From: an uncultured Clostridia bacterium
GTDB lineage: Bacteria > Bacillota > Clostridia > Oscillospirales > Oscillospiraceae
Assembly (NCBI GenBank): GCA_937890525.1
Contig: CALADI010000016.1
Span: 15,944-79,943, forward strand
Direction of reading: 5' to 3'
DNA: 64,000 bases
Within the stretch, counting starts at the first letter, position 1. The number at the start of each line of letters is the position of its first letter. The notes below the pieces were generated by a model. That model saw nothing but the letters and a program-made list of their open reading frames with translations. It made no database searches and was not told where the DNA came from. Below are positions 55,980-64,000 of this stretch, one piece after another. The position numbers and the translations under genes were made by a program.

Positions 55980-55985
55980 GAGAAC

Positions 55986-56564
55986 ATGGCCAATGAATTC
56001 TATGCCCTGATGGGCAGAATGCGCTATATCACCCGGTGGGGGCTGATGCGGAACACTTTTTCGGAGAATATCTCTGAACACAGCCATCAAGTGGCGGTGC
56101 TGGCCCATGCGCTGGCGCTGATCCGGCGGGAGATCTTGGGACTGGAAGGACCGGATCCCGACCGGTGCGCTACGGCGGCGCTGTATCACGATGCATCGGA
56201 GATCCTCACGGGAGATCTGCCTACTCCCATCAAGTATTACAATCCCCAGATCCGTCAGGCCTACAAGCAGGTGGAGCGGATCTCCGGGGAGAAGCTGCTG
56301 ACCATGCTTCCCCAGCAGCTTCGTGATGCCTACCGCCATCTGGTGCTGGAGGATGACGAGACGGTGAACCCCATCGTAAAGGCGGCGGACAAGCTGTCGG
56401 CATACATCAAATGCGTGGAGGAGCAGAAAGCGGGGAATTCGGAGTTCGACTCCGCCGCCAAGCAGACCATGGATGCCATGGTGCAGATGCACCTGCCGGA
56501 ATTGGATTGGTTCATCCGGGAGTGCCTTGGTGCGTTCAGCAAGAATCTGGACGAGTTGGATTGA
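55986..56564 (+). CDS. yfbR: HD-domain 5'-deoxynucleotidase (YfbR-like)
   Basis: RWGLMRN..ENISEHSHQVAVLAH and LYHDASEILTGDLPTP. Confidence 0.8.
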   Translation: MANEFYALMGRMRYITRWGLMRNTFSENISEHSHQVAVLAHALALIRREILGLEGPDPDRCATAALYHDASEILTGDLPTPIKYYNPQIRQAYKQVERISGEKLLTMLPQQLRDAYRHLVLEDDETVNPIVKAADKLSAYIKCVEEQKAGNSEFDSAAKQTMDAMVQMHLPELDWFIRECLGAFSKNLDELD

Positions 56565-56587
56565 ACCGCCTGTTTCAACAAAAGCAC

Positions 56588-56616
56588 AAAGCCGTGGGAG
56601 TTACCCACGGCTTTTG
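56588..56616 (+). terminator. Terminator after yfbR
   Basis: Stem aaagccgtggg / cccacggcttt followed by tgg. Confidence 0.75.
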
Positions 56617-56740
56617 GCGTATACGGCGGTAAGTGTAAACATTGTTTGAAATCTGTATCCCATCCTTGTTTTTATCGAGGATACATGATACACTAATAAA
56701 GAATTTGACCCGGAAAACCGGAGAAAAGGGGAATCGACAA

Positions 56741-58240
56741 ATGAAATGTAATGAATGCGGCGCCGAGCTGGAAGAGGGCGTGATCATCTGCCCCGCCTGC
56801 GGCAAGGAGAACATTCCGCAGACCGAGGAGGTTCCTGCCCAGCAGCCTGAGCAGCAGACCGAAGAGACTGAGCAGGAAACTGCCGTGGCACAGCCTGAGC
56901 AGACGGATGATGTGCTGCCTGAGCATGAGACTGCATCGGAGCAGCCGGAGCAGAAGCAGAAACTCAGCGGCGGTAAGATCGCTCTGCTGGTGATCTTGGC
57001 AGTTGCCGCCATTGCGGTAGTCGCTGCGCTGATCGTGGGCGGCTTCTCCGGTGGCAAAGACAACCCAGAGACCACCGCTCCCACCACCCAGACCACGCCG
57101 CAGGAGACCACAGCGCCCACCATTCCTGAGGATGGAAACCCGGACGATGTGACCTGCAAGGGCACCTACACCGCTGAGGGTGAAGAACTGACGAAGCAGA
57201 TGGATCAGGTGGTTGCCACCCTGGAGGGGGAGGAACTGACCAACGGAGAGCTTCAGGTATTCTACTGGATGCAGTTCTACGACTTCATGCAGACCTATGG
57301 TCAGTACGCACCCATGTTTGGGCTGGATATGAACACCCCCATGGATATGCAGAAGAGCATGGATCAGGAGCTGACATGGCAGCAGTTCTTCCTGCGGGAG
57401 GCGCTGAACTCTTGGAGAAACTACAAGGCGCTCTCTCTGAAGGCAGAGGAAGAGGGCTTCGCCATGGATGCTGAGCTGACCAAGCGCCTGCAGCAGCTGC
57501 CGCAGGATCTGGAAGCTACCGCTCAGAAGGCGGGCTTCGAGAGTGTGGAAGCGATGATCCAGTCGGATATGGGCCCCGGTGCTACATTCTCCGATTACGA
57601 GGCCTATATGAACGACTACTACAAGGGATTCTCCTTCTATGGTCACAATGTGGATAAGATCCAAGTGTCGGACGAGGATGTGGCGGCCTTCTTTGAAGAA
57701 CACGCACAGGAATACAACGAAAAGGGTCTGAAGAAGGACGAGACAAAGACGGTGGATGTGCGCCATATTCTGGTGAAGCCCGAGGGCGGCACCACGGATG
57801 ACAGCGGCAAGACCACCTATTCCGACGAGGAATGGGCAGCCTGCGAGAAGAAGGCACAGGAGATCCTGGACGAGTATCTGGCGGGGGATCAGACCGAGGA
57901 GCGGTTTGCAGAACTTGCAACCAAGTATTCTGAGGATCCCGGCTCGGCGTCCAAGGGCGGATTGTACACCGATGTCTACAAGGGACAGATGGTGGCACCT
58001 TTTGAGGAGTGGTCTTTCGACGATGCACGCAAGGCGGGAGACTATGGTCTGGTCAAGACGGACTATGGCTACCATGTGATGCACTATGTGGACAGCCGTC
58101 TGGTGTGGTATACCACTGCCAAGAAGGATCTGCTGGTGGAGAAGGGCAATGAATTCCTTCAGAGCGTGGTGGATGACTACGCCTATGAGGTGGATTACAG
58201 CGCCATTGCTCTGGGTCTGGCAAATCTGACCAAGGAGTAA
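56741..58240 (+). CDS. Zinc-ribbon / TM / parvulin-type peptidyl-prolyl isomerase fusion (PrsA/SurA-like)
   Basis: Start at MKCNECGAELEEGVIICPACG (CxxC...CxxC). Acidic Q/E/T-rich linker, one TM segment (IALLVILAVAAIAVVAALIV), and a C-terminal PpiC domain (VRHILV ... GGLYTDVYKGQMVAPFEEW ... YGYHVMHYV). Confidence 0.75.
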   Translation: MKCNECGAELEEGVIICPACGKENIPQTEEVPAQQPEQQTEETEQETAVAQPEQTDDVLPEHETASEQPEQKQKLSGGKIALLVILAVAAIAVVAALIVGGFSGGKDNPETTAPTTQTTPQETTAPTIPEDGNPDDVTCKGTYTAEGEELTKQMDQVVATLEGEELTNGELQVFYWMQFYDFMQTYGQYAPMFGLDMNTPMDMQKSMDQELTWQQFFLREALNSWRNYKALSLKAEEEGFAMDAELTKRLQQLPQDLEATAQKAGFESVEAMIQSDMGPGATFSDYEAYMNDYYKGFSFYGHNVDKIQVSDEDVAAFFEEHAQEYNEKGLKKDETKTVDVRHILVKPEGGTTDDSGKTTYSDEEWAACEKKAQEILDEYLAGDQTEERFAELATKYSEDPGSASKGGLYTDVYKGQMVAPFEEWSFDDARKAGDYGLVKTDYGYHVMHYVDSRLVWYTTAKKDLLVEKGNEFLQSVVDDYAYEVDYSAIALGLANLTKE

Positions 58241-58246
58241 AATTCA

Positions 58247-58278
58247 CGGGGTATATCTGCGGATATACCCCGTTTTTA
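58247..58278 (+). terminator. Terminator after the PPIase gene
   Basis: 11-bp stem cggggtatatc / gatataccccg followed by ttttt. Confidence 0.8.
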
Positions 58279-58299
58279 CCAAACAAAGGAGGATGCAAC

Positions 58300-58827
58300 A
58301 TGGATTTTATGGAAATCGCTCAGACGAGACAGAGCTGCCGGGCTTACGATGGGTCAAGACCCGTGGAGACGGAAAAGCTGGAACGCATCATGGAAGCGGC
58401 ACGGCTTGCCCCCTCTGCCTGCAATGCACAGCCCTACCACTTCATCGTGTGCCGGGGGGAGACTGCCGCACAGGTGGCGGCGGCGACCCAAGGGATGGGA
58501 ATGAACAAATTTGCAAGTCAAGCGCCTGTGATGGTGGTCATTACCGAAGCGCCTTACAACCGCACCGCCGCAGTGGGGGCAAAGGTGAAGTCCAACGATT
58601 ACCGCTCCATCGACATCGGTATTGCCACCGCCTATCTCACCGCCGAAGCGGCAGCGCAGGGCTTGGGAAGCTGCATCCTGGGCTGGTTTGACGACGGCAA
58701 GATCCGAAAGATCTGCGGAACCGACGATACCGTTCGGCTGGTGATCGCCTTGGGCTACGCCAAGGAAGGTGACCCCCTTCGTACAAAGAAGCGTAAGGAT
58801 GCCGAAGAATTGATTTGCTACCGATAA
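58300..58827 (+). CDS. Nitroreductase-family protein
   Basis: RQSCRAY...LERIMEAARLAPSACNAQPYHFIV is the classic nitroreductase N-terminus. Confidence 0.8.
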   Translation: MDFMEIAQTRQSCRAYDGSRPVETEKLERIMEAARLAPSACNAQPYHFIVCRGETAAQVAAATQGMGMNKFASQAPVMVVITEAPYNRTAAVGAKVKSNDYRSIDIGIATAYLTAEAAAQGLGSCILGWFDDGKIRKICGTDDTVRLVIALGYAKEGDPLRTKKRKDAEELICYR

Positions 58828-58868
58828 AAAGACTGCCGGGAAATCCATGAGGTTTCCCGGCAGTTTTC
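58827..58868. terminator. Bidirectional terminator (nitroreductase / purF-like convergent pair)
   Basis: 12-bp stem actgccgggaaa / tttcccggcagt, with aaaaa upstream and tttctt downstream. Confidence 0.7.
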
Positions 58869-60290
58869 TTATTCTTTTCCTGTCCAGCAGTAGGTGCAGA
58901 CCTTCTCGGGATCCAGCCCGATGGCTTCCAGCGCACCTTCCAGACTTTGATAGCCCAGAGAAGCGAAGCCAAACTTCTCACAGATGGCCTTGAGCATACA
59001 TTGACCACGCTGGGTGTTGGCATCGGCGTACTCATCCAGATGCTTCTGTCCTTCGTCGCCTTCCAGTTCCTGCACGGTGCTGCGGGTGAGCAGCTCCATT
59101 TCGGACTTGGAGCTGGAGAAGTTCAGGAACTTGCACCCATACATGATGGGAGGGCAGGCCGAACGCATGTGGACTTCCTTAGCACCGCTTTCGTAGAGGA
59201 ACTCCACGGTCTCCCGAAGCTGAGTGCCCCGGACGATGGAATCGTCCACGAACAGCAGCTTCTTGTCCTGGATCAGTTCCGGCACGGGGATCTGCTTCAT
59301 CTTTGCCACCTGGCTGCGCATGGCAGGGTTAGATGGCATAAAGGAGCGGGGCCAGGTGGGGGTGTATTTCACAAAGGGACGGGCGAAAGGGGAGTTCCCG
59401 GCGTTGGCATAGCCGATGGCATGGGGAATGCCGGAATCCGGCACACCGCACACATAGTCCACATCCTGTGCAAGCCCCCGCTCGGCATCGTGACGGGCCA
59501 TGATCTCGCCGTTGCGGTAGCGCATCATTTCCACATTGACCCCCTCGTAATTGGAGTTGGGGTAGCCGTAATAAGTCCAGAGGAAGCCGCAGATCTTCAT
59601 TTCCTTTCCGGCGGGGGAGAGTACTTGATATCCATCGGCATCGATGCGGACGATCTCCTTGGGGCCCAGCTCGTAGCAGTCCTCGTATCCCAGTTTGTGA
59701 TAGGCAAAGGATTCAAAGGAAACGCAGTGCCCCTGCTCGCTCTTACCCACCAGCACGGGCAGACGGCCCAGCTTGTCCCGGGCAGCGATGATGTACTCGC
59801 TGGTCATAATGAGGATGGTGGCGGAACCCTCAATGAGGGACTGGGCATGGAGGATGCCGGAAACCAGATCGTCCGCCTGATTGATCAGGGCAGCCAGCAG
59901 TTCGGTGTCATTCACCTTGCCGGAGCTCATGGCCATAAACTGGTGATTGTGGTCGGAGAAATAGGTCTGGATCAGGCTGTCGGCATTGTTGATGACACCC
60001 ACACAGCAGATGGCATACAGCCCCAGATGGGAGCGCACCAGCAGAGGCTGGGGGTCCCGGTCGCTGATGCAGCCCATGCCGATCATGCCCCGGAAATCTT
60101 CCATATCTTTCTCAAACTTGGTGCGGAAAGGGGTGTTTTCGATGCTGTGGATCTGACGCTGGAAGCCTTCGTCCTCGTCATACAGCACCATGCCCGCCCG
60201 ACGGGTGCCCAAATGGGAGTGATAGTCTACTCCGAAAAAAACATCCATTGCCACATCATGCTTGGCAATGGCGCCAAAGAAACCGCCCAT
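58869..60290 (-). CDS. purF: Amidophosphoribosyltransferase-like protein lacking the N-terminal Cys nucleophile
   Basis: Colinear with B. subtilis PurF. PRTase motif LLFVDDSIVRGTQL. The four Fe-S Cys positions are retained (ICGFLWTYYGYP, MYGCKF, CTYCWTGKE). The N-terminus reads MGGFFGA where PurF has (M)CG(I/V)FG. The symbol is given for family only. Confidence 0.8.
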   Translation of the reverse strand: MGGFFGAIAKHDVAMDVFFGVDYHSHLGTRRAGMVLYDEDEGFQRQIHSIENTPFRTKFEKDMEDFRGMIGMGCISDRDPQPLLVRSHLGLYAICCVGVINNADSLIQTYFSDHNHQFMAMSSGKVNDTELLAALINQADDLVSGILHAQSLIEGSATILIMTSEYIIAARDKLGRLPVLVGKSEQGHCVSFESFAYHKLGYEDCYELGPKEIVRIDADGYQVLSPAGKEMKICGFLWTYYGYPNSNYEGVNVEMMRYRNGEIMARHDAERGLAQDVDYVCGVPDSGIPHAIGYANAGNSPFARPFVKYTPTWPRSFMPSNPAMRSQVAKMKQIPVPELIQDKKLLFVDDSIVRGTQLRETVEFLYESGAKEVHMRSACPPIMYGCKFLNFSSSKSEMELLTRSTVQELEGDEGQKHLDEYADANTQRGQCMLKAICEKFGFASLGYQSLEGALEAIGLDPEKVCTYCWTGKE

Positions 60291-60642
60291 GAATCATACC
60301 TCCTGAAGCCCTTACTCCCCAGCTTAGAAACACTGGGGCAATATATCATAAGATTATTTTACTTGCTCTTTGCCGGGATGGCAATAGACAAACGGAACAA
60401 AAACACCGGGTATTTTCCCGGTAAATACATGAAACTGTATATTTCGGCGACATTGTCCGATATAAGAGGTTTTATGGGGAGCGATGTCGAATCCAGGCAT
60501 CGTGTGCATGGACATCCAACTGAAGCCGGAATGTAAGAAATGTGTAAAGCGGGGATTTTTGTAGGCATTGGACTGGACATTTTGCTGGAATCAAGTATAA
60601 TAGAATGGGTATAAAGCCAAAGAGAAAAACGGGAGGCGCGCT

Positions 60643-61962
60643 ATGAAGCTCAACACCAAACGAACCTACCTGATGGGATTTGCATTTTTATCCATCTGTG
60701 CCTTTTGGCAAATGTACGACAATCTTGTGCCGCTGATGCTGACCAACACCTTTCACATTAACGAGGGGCTGTCCGGTCTGATCATGGCGGCGGATAACCT
60801 GCTGGCACTGTTCCTGCTCCCTCTATTCGGCGGGATCTCCGATCGGTGCACCAGCCGCTTGGGCAAAAGACGCCCTTTCATCCTTTTCGGTACATTGGCG
60901 ACGGTGACGCTGATGATGGGGCTGCCTCTGCTGGCAGACAGCTATCATGCTGCCCCGTCGGCGGCAAAACTGGGCGGCTTTATCCTGCTGCTGGCGATGC
61001 TGCTGTTCGCCATGGGCACTTACCGTTCCCCGGCGGTGGCACTGATGCCGGATCTGACCCCCAAACCCCTGCGCTCCAAGGCCAACGCCATCATCAATCT
61101 GATGGGGGCTGTGGGCGGTGTGCTGTATTTGCTGATCACCACTTTCCTGTATACCACCAAGTCTGATGAATATATCAGCTATCTGCCCCTGTTTGCCATC
61201 GTGGGCGGGATCATGCTGGTATGTCTTGTGATTGTGATGGTCTTTGTCAACGAGCCTAAGCTGGCACAGCAACAGCAAGCCTACGAGAAGGCGCATCCTG
61301 AGGACAACCTGATGGAGGTCACAGAGCATGGCGAGCATATGCCCAAGGATGTAAAGCGCAGCTTGGGATTCCTGCTGCTGTCCATTGCCCTATGGTACAT
61401 CGCCTACAACGGAATTACGACATGGTTCACGGTGTATGCCCAGAAAATGTGGCATATGTCCTTGGGGCAGGCCAACATGTGTCTGACGGTGGCCACTGCC
61501 GGTGCCATTGTCAGCTATATTCCTGTGGGGGCCGCCGCCAGCCGGTTTGGCAGACGCCGTACCATCCGCTTTGGCACGGTCCTGTTGGCAGGCTCTTTTG
61601 CCGCCGGATTCCTGTTCACGCTGCAATCGGATCATTTCTCCCCGATCCTGTTCGTCTTGTTCCTGCTGGTGGGGCTTGCTTGGGCGGCCATCAATGTGAA
61701 CAGCCTGCCCATGGTGGTGGAGATGTGCAAGGGGACAGAGGTAGGCAAATTCACCGGCCTATACTACACCTTCTCTATGTCCGCTCAGATCATGACCCCG
61801 GTGGTGGCGGGCTTCCTGCTGAAGAATGTGGGTTACAAGACCTTGTTCCCCTATGCGGCGTTGTTTGCTGCGGCGTCCTTCGTGACCATGGGCATGGTGA
61901 AGCACGGCGATCACAAAGTGGAGCGGAAGAAGGGCCTGGAGGCATTTGACATTGACGATTGA
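60643..61962 (+). CDS. MFS transporter (SLC45/GPH-related type)
   Basis: 12 predicted TM segments. Conserved loop GGISDRCTSRLGKRRPFILFG between TM2 and TM3. Confidence 0.8.
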   Translation: MKLNTKRTYLMGFAFLSICAFWQMYDNLVPLMLTNTFHINEGLSGLIMAADNLLALFLLPLFGGISDRCTSRLGKRRPFILFGTLATVTLMMGLPLLADSYHAAPSAAKLGGFILLLAMLLFAMGTYRSPAVALMPDLTPKPLRSKANAIINLMGAVGGVLYLLITTFLYTTKSDEYISYLPLFAIVGGIMLVCLVIVMVFVNEPKLAQQQQAYEKAHPEDNLMEVTEHGEHMPKDVKRSLGFLLLSIALWYIAYNGITTWFTVYAQKMWHMSLGQANMCLTVATAGAIVSYIPVGAAASRFGRRRTIRFGTVLLAGSFAAGFLFTLQSDHFSPILFVLFLLVGLAWAAINVNSLPMVVEMCKGTEVGKFTGLYYTFSMSAQIMTPVVAGFLLKNVGYKTLFPYAALFAAASFVTMGMVKHGDHKVERKKGLEAFDIDD

Positions 61963-61980
61963 GAAGGTGCAGAGAAAATC

Positions 61981-62790
61981 ATGAAATGGCTGTTGGTTGC
62001 GCTGCCTTTGATCCTTGCGGCGCTGTATGTACTGTCCCTGCGGGGACGGGTGGGACACCCGGGGCTGGAAAAGCTGCGGGGATGGAATTATGCCCACCGA
62101 GGACTCCATGGAAACGGAATCCCCGAAAATTCGCTGGCCGCATTTCAAGCGGCAGCTGACCATGGATATGGGGCGGAATTTGATGTACATCTTCTGGCAG
62201 ATGGCGGACTGGGCATCATGCACGATTCTCAGCTGAAGCGCATGACCGGGGCAGAGGGAAAAATCGAATCCCTCACCACCGGGGAACTGGCGAATTACCA
62301 TCTGGATGGTACCTCGGAGGTGATCCCCACCCTCCAGCAGGTTTTGGAGATCTTTGACGGAAAAGCGCCTCTGGTGATCGAGCTGAAAACGGACAACAAT
62401 GCTGCAGCTCTGTGTCAGCGGGTGTGCCAAGTGCTGGACGATTATCATGGCGTATACTGCTTGGAATCCTTTGACCCCCGGTGTGTGCTCTGGCTCAGAC
62501 GCCACCGCCCGGATCTGATCCGGGGGCAGCTTTCCTACAACTTTCAAGCAGATCCCAAGAGTCCGCTGCCCGGGGTCCTCAAGTTCCTGCTGCGGTACAA
62601 TATGGAGAATTTCTTGACCCTGCCGGATTTTATCGCCTACCAATTTGAGGATCGGCAGGTTTTGAGCAACCGGCTGTGCAGAAAACTCTGGAAGATCTGC
62701 GGTGTCTCGTGGACGCTGAAGAACCGCCAGCAGTATGATACTGCCATAGAAGAGGATTGGATCCCCATCTTTGAAGGATTTGAACCTTGA
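61981..62790 (+). CDS. Glycerophosphodiester phosphodiesterase-family protein with N-terminal TM anchor
   Basis: GDPD signature YAHRGLHGNGIPENSLAAFQAAADHGYGAEFDVHL. Confidence 0.8.
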   Translation: MKWLLVALPLILAALYVLSLRGRVGHPGLEKLRGWNYAHRGLHGNGIPENSLAAFQAAADHGYGAEFDVHLLADGGLGIMHDSQLKRMTGAEGKIESLTTGELANYHLDGTSEVIPTLQQVLEIFDGKAPLVIELKTDNNAAALCQRVCQVLDDYHGVYCLESFDPRCVLWLRRHRPDLIRGQLSYNFQADPKSPLPGVLKFLLRYNMENFLTLPDFIAYQFEDRQVLSNRLCRKLWKICGVSWTLKNRQQYDTAIEEDWIPIFEGFEP

Positions 62791-62799
62791 ATCCATTCC

Positions 62800-62830
62800 C
62801 CCCCCGAAGCGCCGCTTCGGGGGGATTTTG
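62800..62830 (+). terminator. Terminator after the GDPD gene
   Basis: Stem ccccccgaag / cttcgggggg followed by atttt. Confidence 0.75.
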
Positions 62831-62895
62831 CATAAGAACGCCAAAACTGTACAAACTGATCCCTATAATTGGCTTGGGATCAGGAGGGGTAGATT

Positions 62896-64000
62896 TTGGA
62901 CAAGGATCGCAAGGAAACGGGGAAAGCTGCTCCCTTTGGCATGCGGGACAAGGTGGGATATCTGCTGGGAGATCTGGGCAATGACTTCACTTTTCTGCTG
63001 TCATCGGGATTTTTGATGAAGTTCTACACCGATGTGATGGGTGTGGACGGATTTATGGTGGGGTTGGTGATGACTGTAGCCCGGTTCGTGGATGCATTCA
63101 CTGATGTGGCCATGGGGCGGCTGTGTGACCGCAGCCGGGTGACATCGGCAGGAAAATTCAAACCATGGCTGAGACGGATGAGCGGCCCGGTGGCGGTGGC
63201 ATCCTTTCTGATCTACCAGAGCGGTCTGGCCAACAGGAGCATGGGGTTCAAGGTGGCATGGCTCTTTGTCACATATATTCTGTGGGGTTCGGTGTTCTAT
63301 ACTGCTGTAAACATCCCCTATGGTTCTATGGCATCTTCGGTGTCACCGGATCCCGGCGACCGGCAGAGCCTGTCCACCTATCGCAGCATGGGCGGTACGC
63401 TGGCAGGGGTGATCGTGGGGGCGGGGATCCCCATGGCGGCCTATGACACTCAGCAGGGGAGAGCGGTGCTGAATGGTTCTCGCTTTACCGCCATTGCCGG
63501 GATCTTCTCGGTGCTGGCGGTGGTCTGCTACCTGCTTTGCTACCATCTGACCACCGAGCGGGTGCGTCCCCGCAACGATGTTCAAAACAGGGATTCCATT
63601 GGATCTATGCTGAAGGATGCTCTCGAAAATCGGGCGCTGATCTCGGTGATCGCCGCATCTGTGGTGATGCTGCTGGCCCAGCTGACCATGCAGTCCATGG
63701 CAAATTATGTCTATCCCAACTACTACGGCAATACTGCTGCCCAGTCTGCATCCACCCTTGTGATGCTGGTGGCGATGCTGGCGGCGGCCGCTTGCGCCAA
63801 GCCCCTTGCTGCGGCGGTGGGGAAGGCAGAATTGAGCGGGGCGGCGTCCCTTTTTGCCGGGGCGGTGTGCGTGGTGCTGTTTTTTCTCAGACCCAGCAAT
63901 GTCTGGGTCTATGTGGGACTCACCACCCTGAGCTGGCTGGGGCTGGGGATCTTTAACATGGTGTCCTGGGCGCTGATCACCGATGTCATCGACGATCAAG
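62896..64000 (+). CDS. GPH-family glycoside/pentoside/hexuronide:cation symporter (3' end outside window)
   Basis: Not in the ORF track because frame 1 stays open to the window end. TTG start 7 nt after AGGAGGGG. My hand translation gives KVGYLLGDLGNDFTFLLSSGFLMKFYTDVMG, ARFVDAFTDVAMGRLCDRS and GKFKPW, typical of MelB/YicJ-type carriers. Confidence 0.75.
   Translation, partial: MDKDRKETGKAAPFGMRDKVGYLLGDLGNDFTFLLSSGFLMKFYTDVMGVDGFMVGLVMTVARFVDAFTDVAMGRLCDRSRVTSAGKFKPWLRRMSGPVAVASFLIYQSGLANRSMGFKVAWLFVTYILWGSVFYTAVNIPYGSMASSVSPDPGDRQSLSTYRSMGGTLAGVIVGAGIPMAAYDTQQGRAVLNGSRFTAIAGIFSVLAVVCYLLCYHLTTERVRPRNDVQNRDSIGSMLKDALENRALISVIAASVVMLLAQLTMQSMANYVYPNYYGNTAAQSASTLVMLVAMLAAAACAKPLAAAVGKAELSGAASLFAGAVCVVLFFLRPSNVWVYVGLTTLSWLGLGIFNMVSWALITDVIDDQ

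Noticed and set aside
60395-60480. Possible purine (guanine/adenine) riboswitch in the purF-like leader (AGTTTC...TACCGGG resembles the J2-3/P3 start)
   Set aside because: The P2 and P3 loop sequences and the J3-1 ACTATG element of the purine aptamer are missing, and an extra 7 nt interrupts the match. The resemblance is probably coincidental. It needs a covariance-model scan.
60359-60580. 73-aa minus-strand ORF upstream of the purF-like gene
   Set aside because: It runs through a terminator-like hairpin and a promoter-like element. No RBS, odd composition. Treated as non-coding leader.
1-64000. Search for CRISPR arrays, rRNA genes, transposases/integrases and defence-system gene signatures
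   Set aside because: No regularly spaced direct repeats and no 16S/23S/5S-like sequence. No ORF carries transposase, recombinase, restriction-modification, Cas, toxin-antitoxin or reverse-transcriptase motifs. The window looks like core chromosome.

Overview
GC-rich chromosomal segment from a Clostridia-type Firmicute. The taxonomic guess, an Oscillospiraceae/Ruminococcaceae-like gut anaerobe, rests only on gene content: spoIID and bofA, T-box and ZTP leaders, a PurO-type IMP cyclohydrolase and a single-chain PurL. I support about 57 protein genes, one tRNA-Gly(GCC), two riboswitch-type leaders and many rho-independent terminators. I saw no rRNA, CRISPR array, transposase, integrase or obvious prophage. 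Left to right: (1) housekeeping genes (pseudouridine synthase, SDR, tpiA-pgk-trmL, thiI, cinA-like). (2) A glycan-utilisation locus at 6.9-18.9 kb: YesM/YesN-type two-component system, LplABC-type ABC importer, DUF4091/GH123-like protein, secreted GH16 with two discoidin/CBM32 modules, and a GH31. (3) An LRR surface protein, spoIID, stand-alone tRNA-Gly, a transglutaminase-like lipoprotein, a YitT protein, parC/parE-like topoisomerase genes and secG. (4) The most unusual block, 29.0-36.3 kb: an operon encoding a tandem-domain lipoprotein, lipoprotein ApbE, and RnfC-RnfD-RnfG. RnfE/A/B are missing and a translationally coupled unknown 147-aa membrane protein sits in their place. A divergently arranged histidine kinase / OmpR-type regulator pair lies next to it. 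I interpret this as a candidate uncharacterised flavin-based NADH-to-extracytosolic electron conduit; that reading is a hypothesis. (5) A surface 5'-nucleotidase, an orphan EutN/CcmL-like gene, and T-box(Met)-metG. (6) A ZTP-riboswitch-controlled purE-purC-purM-purN-purO-purH(AICARFT)-purD-purL operon. (7) bofA, dnaD/dnaI-like genes, HAD, yfbR, a zinc-ribbon-parvulin fusion, a nitroreductase, a PurF paralogue lacking the Cys1 nucleophile, an MFS transporter, a GDPD and a 3'-truncated GPH symporter. Many long ORFs in the track are antisense artefacts of the high GC content.
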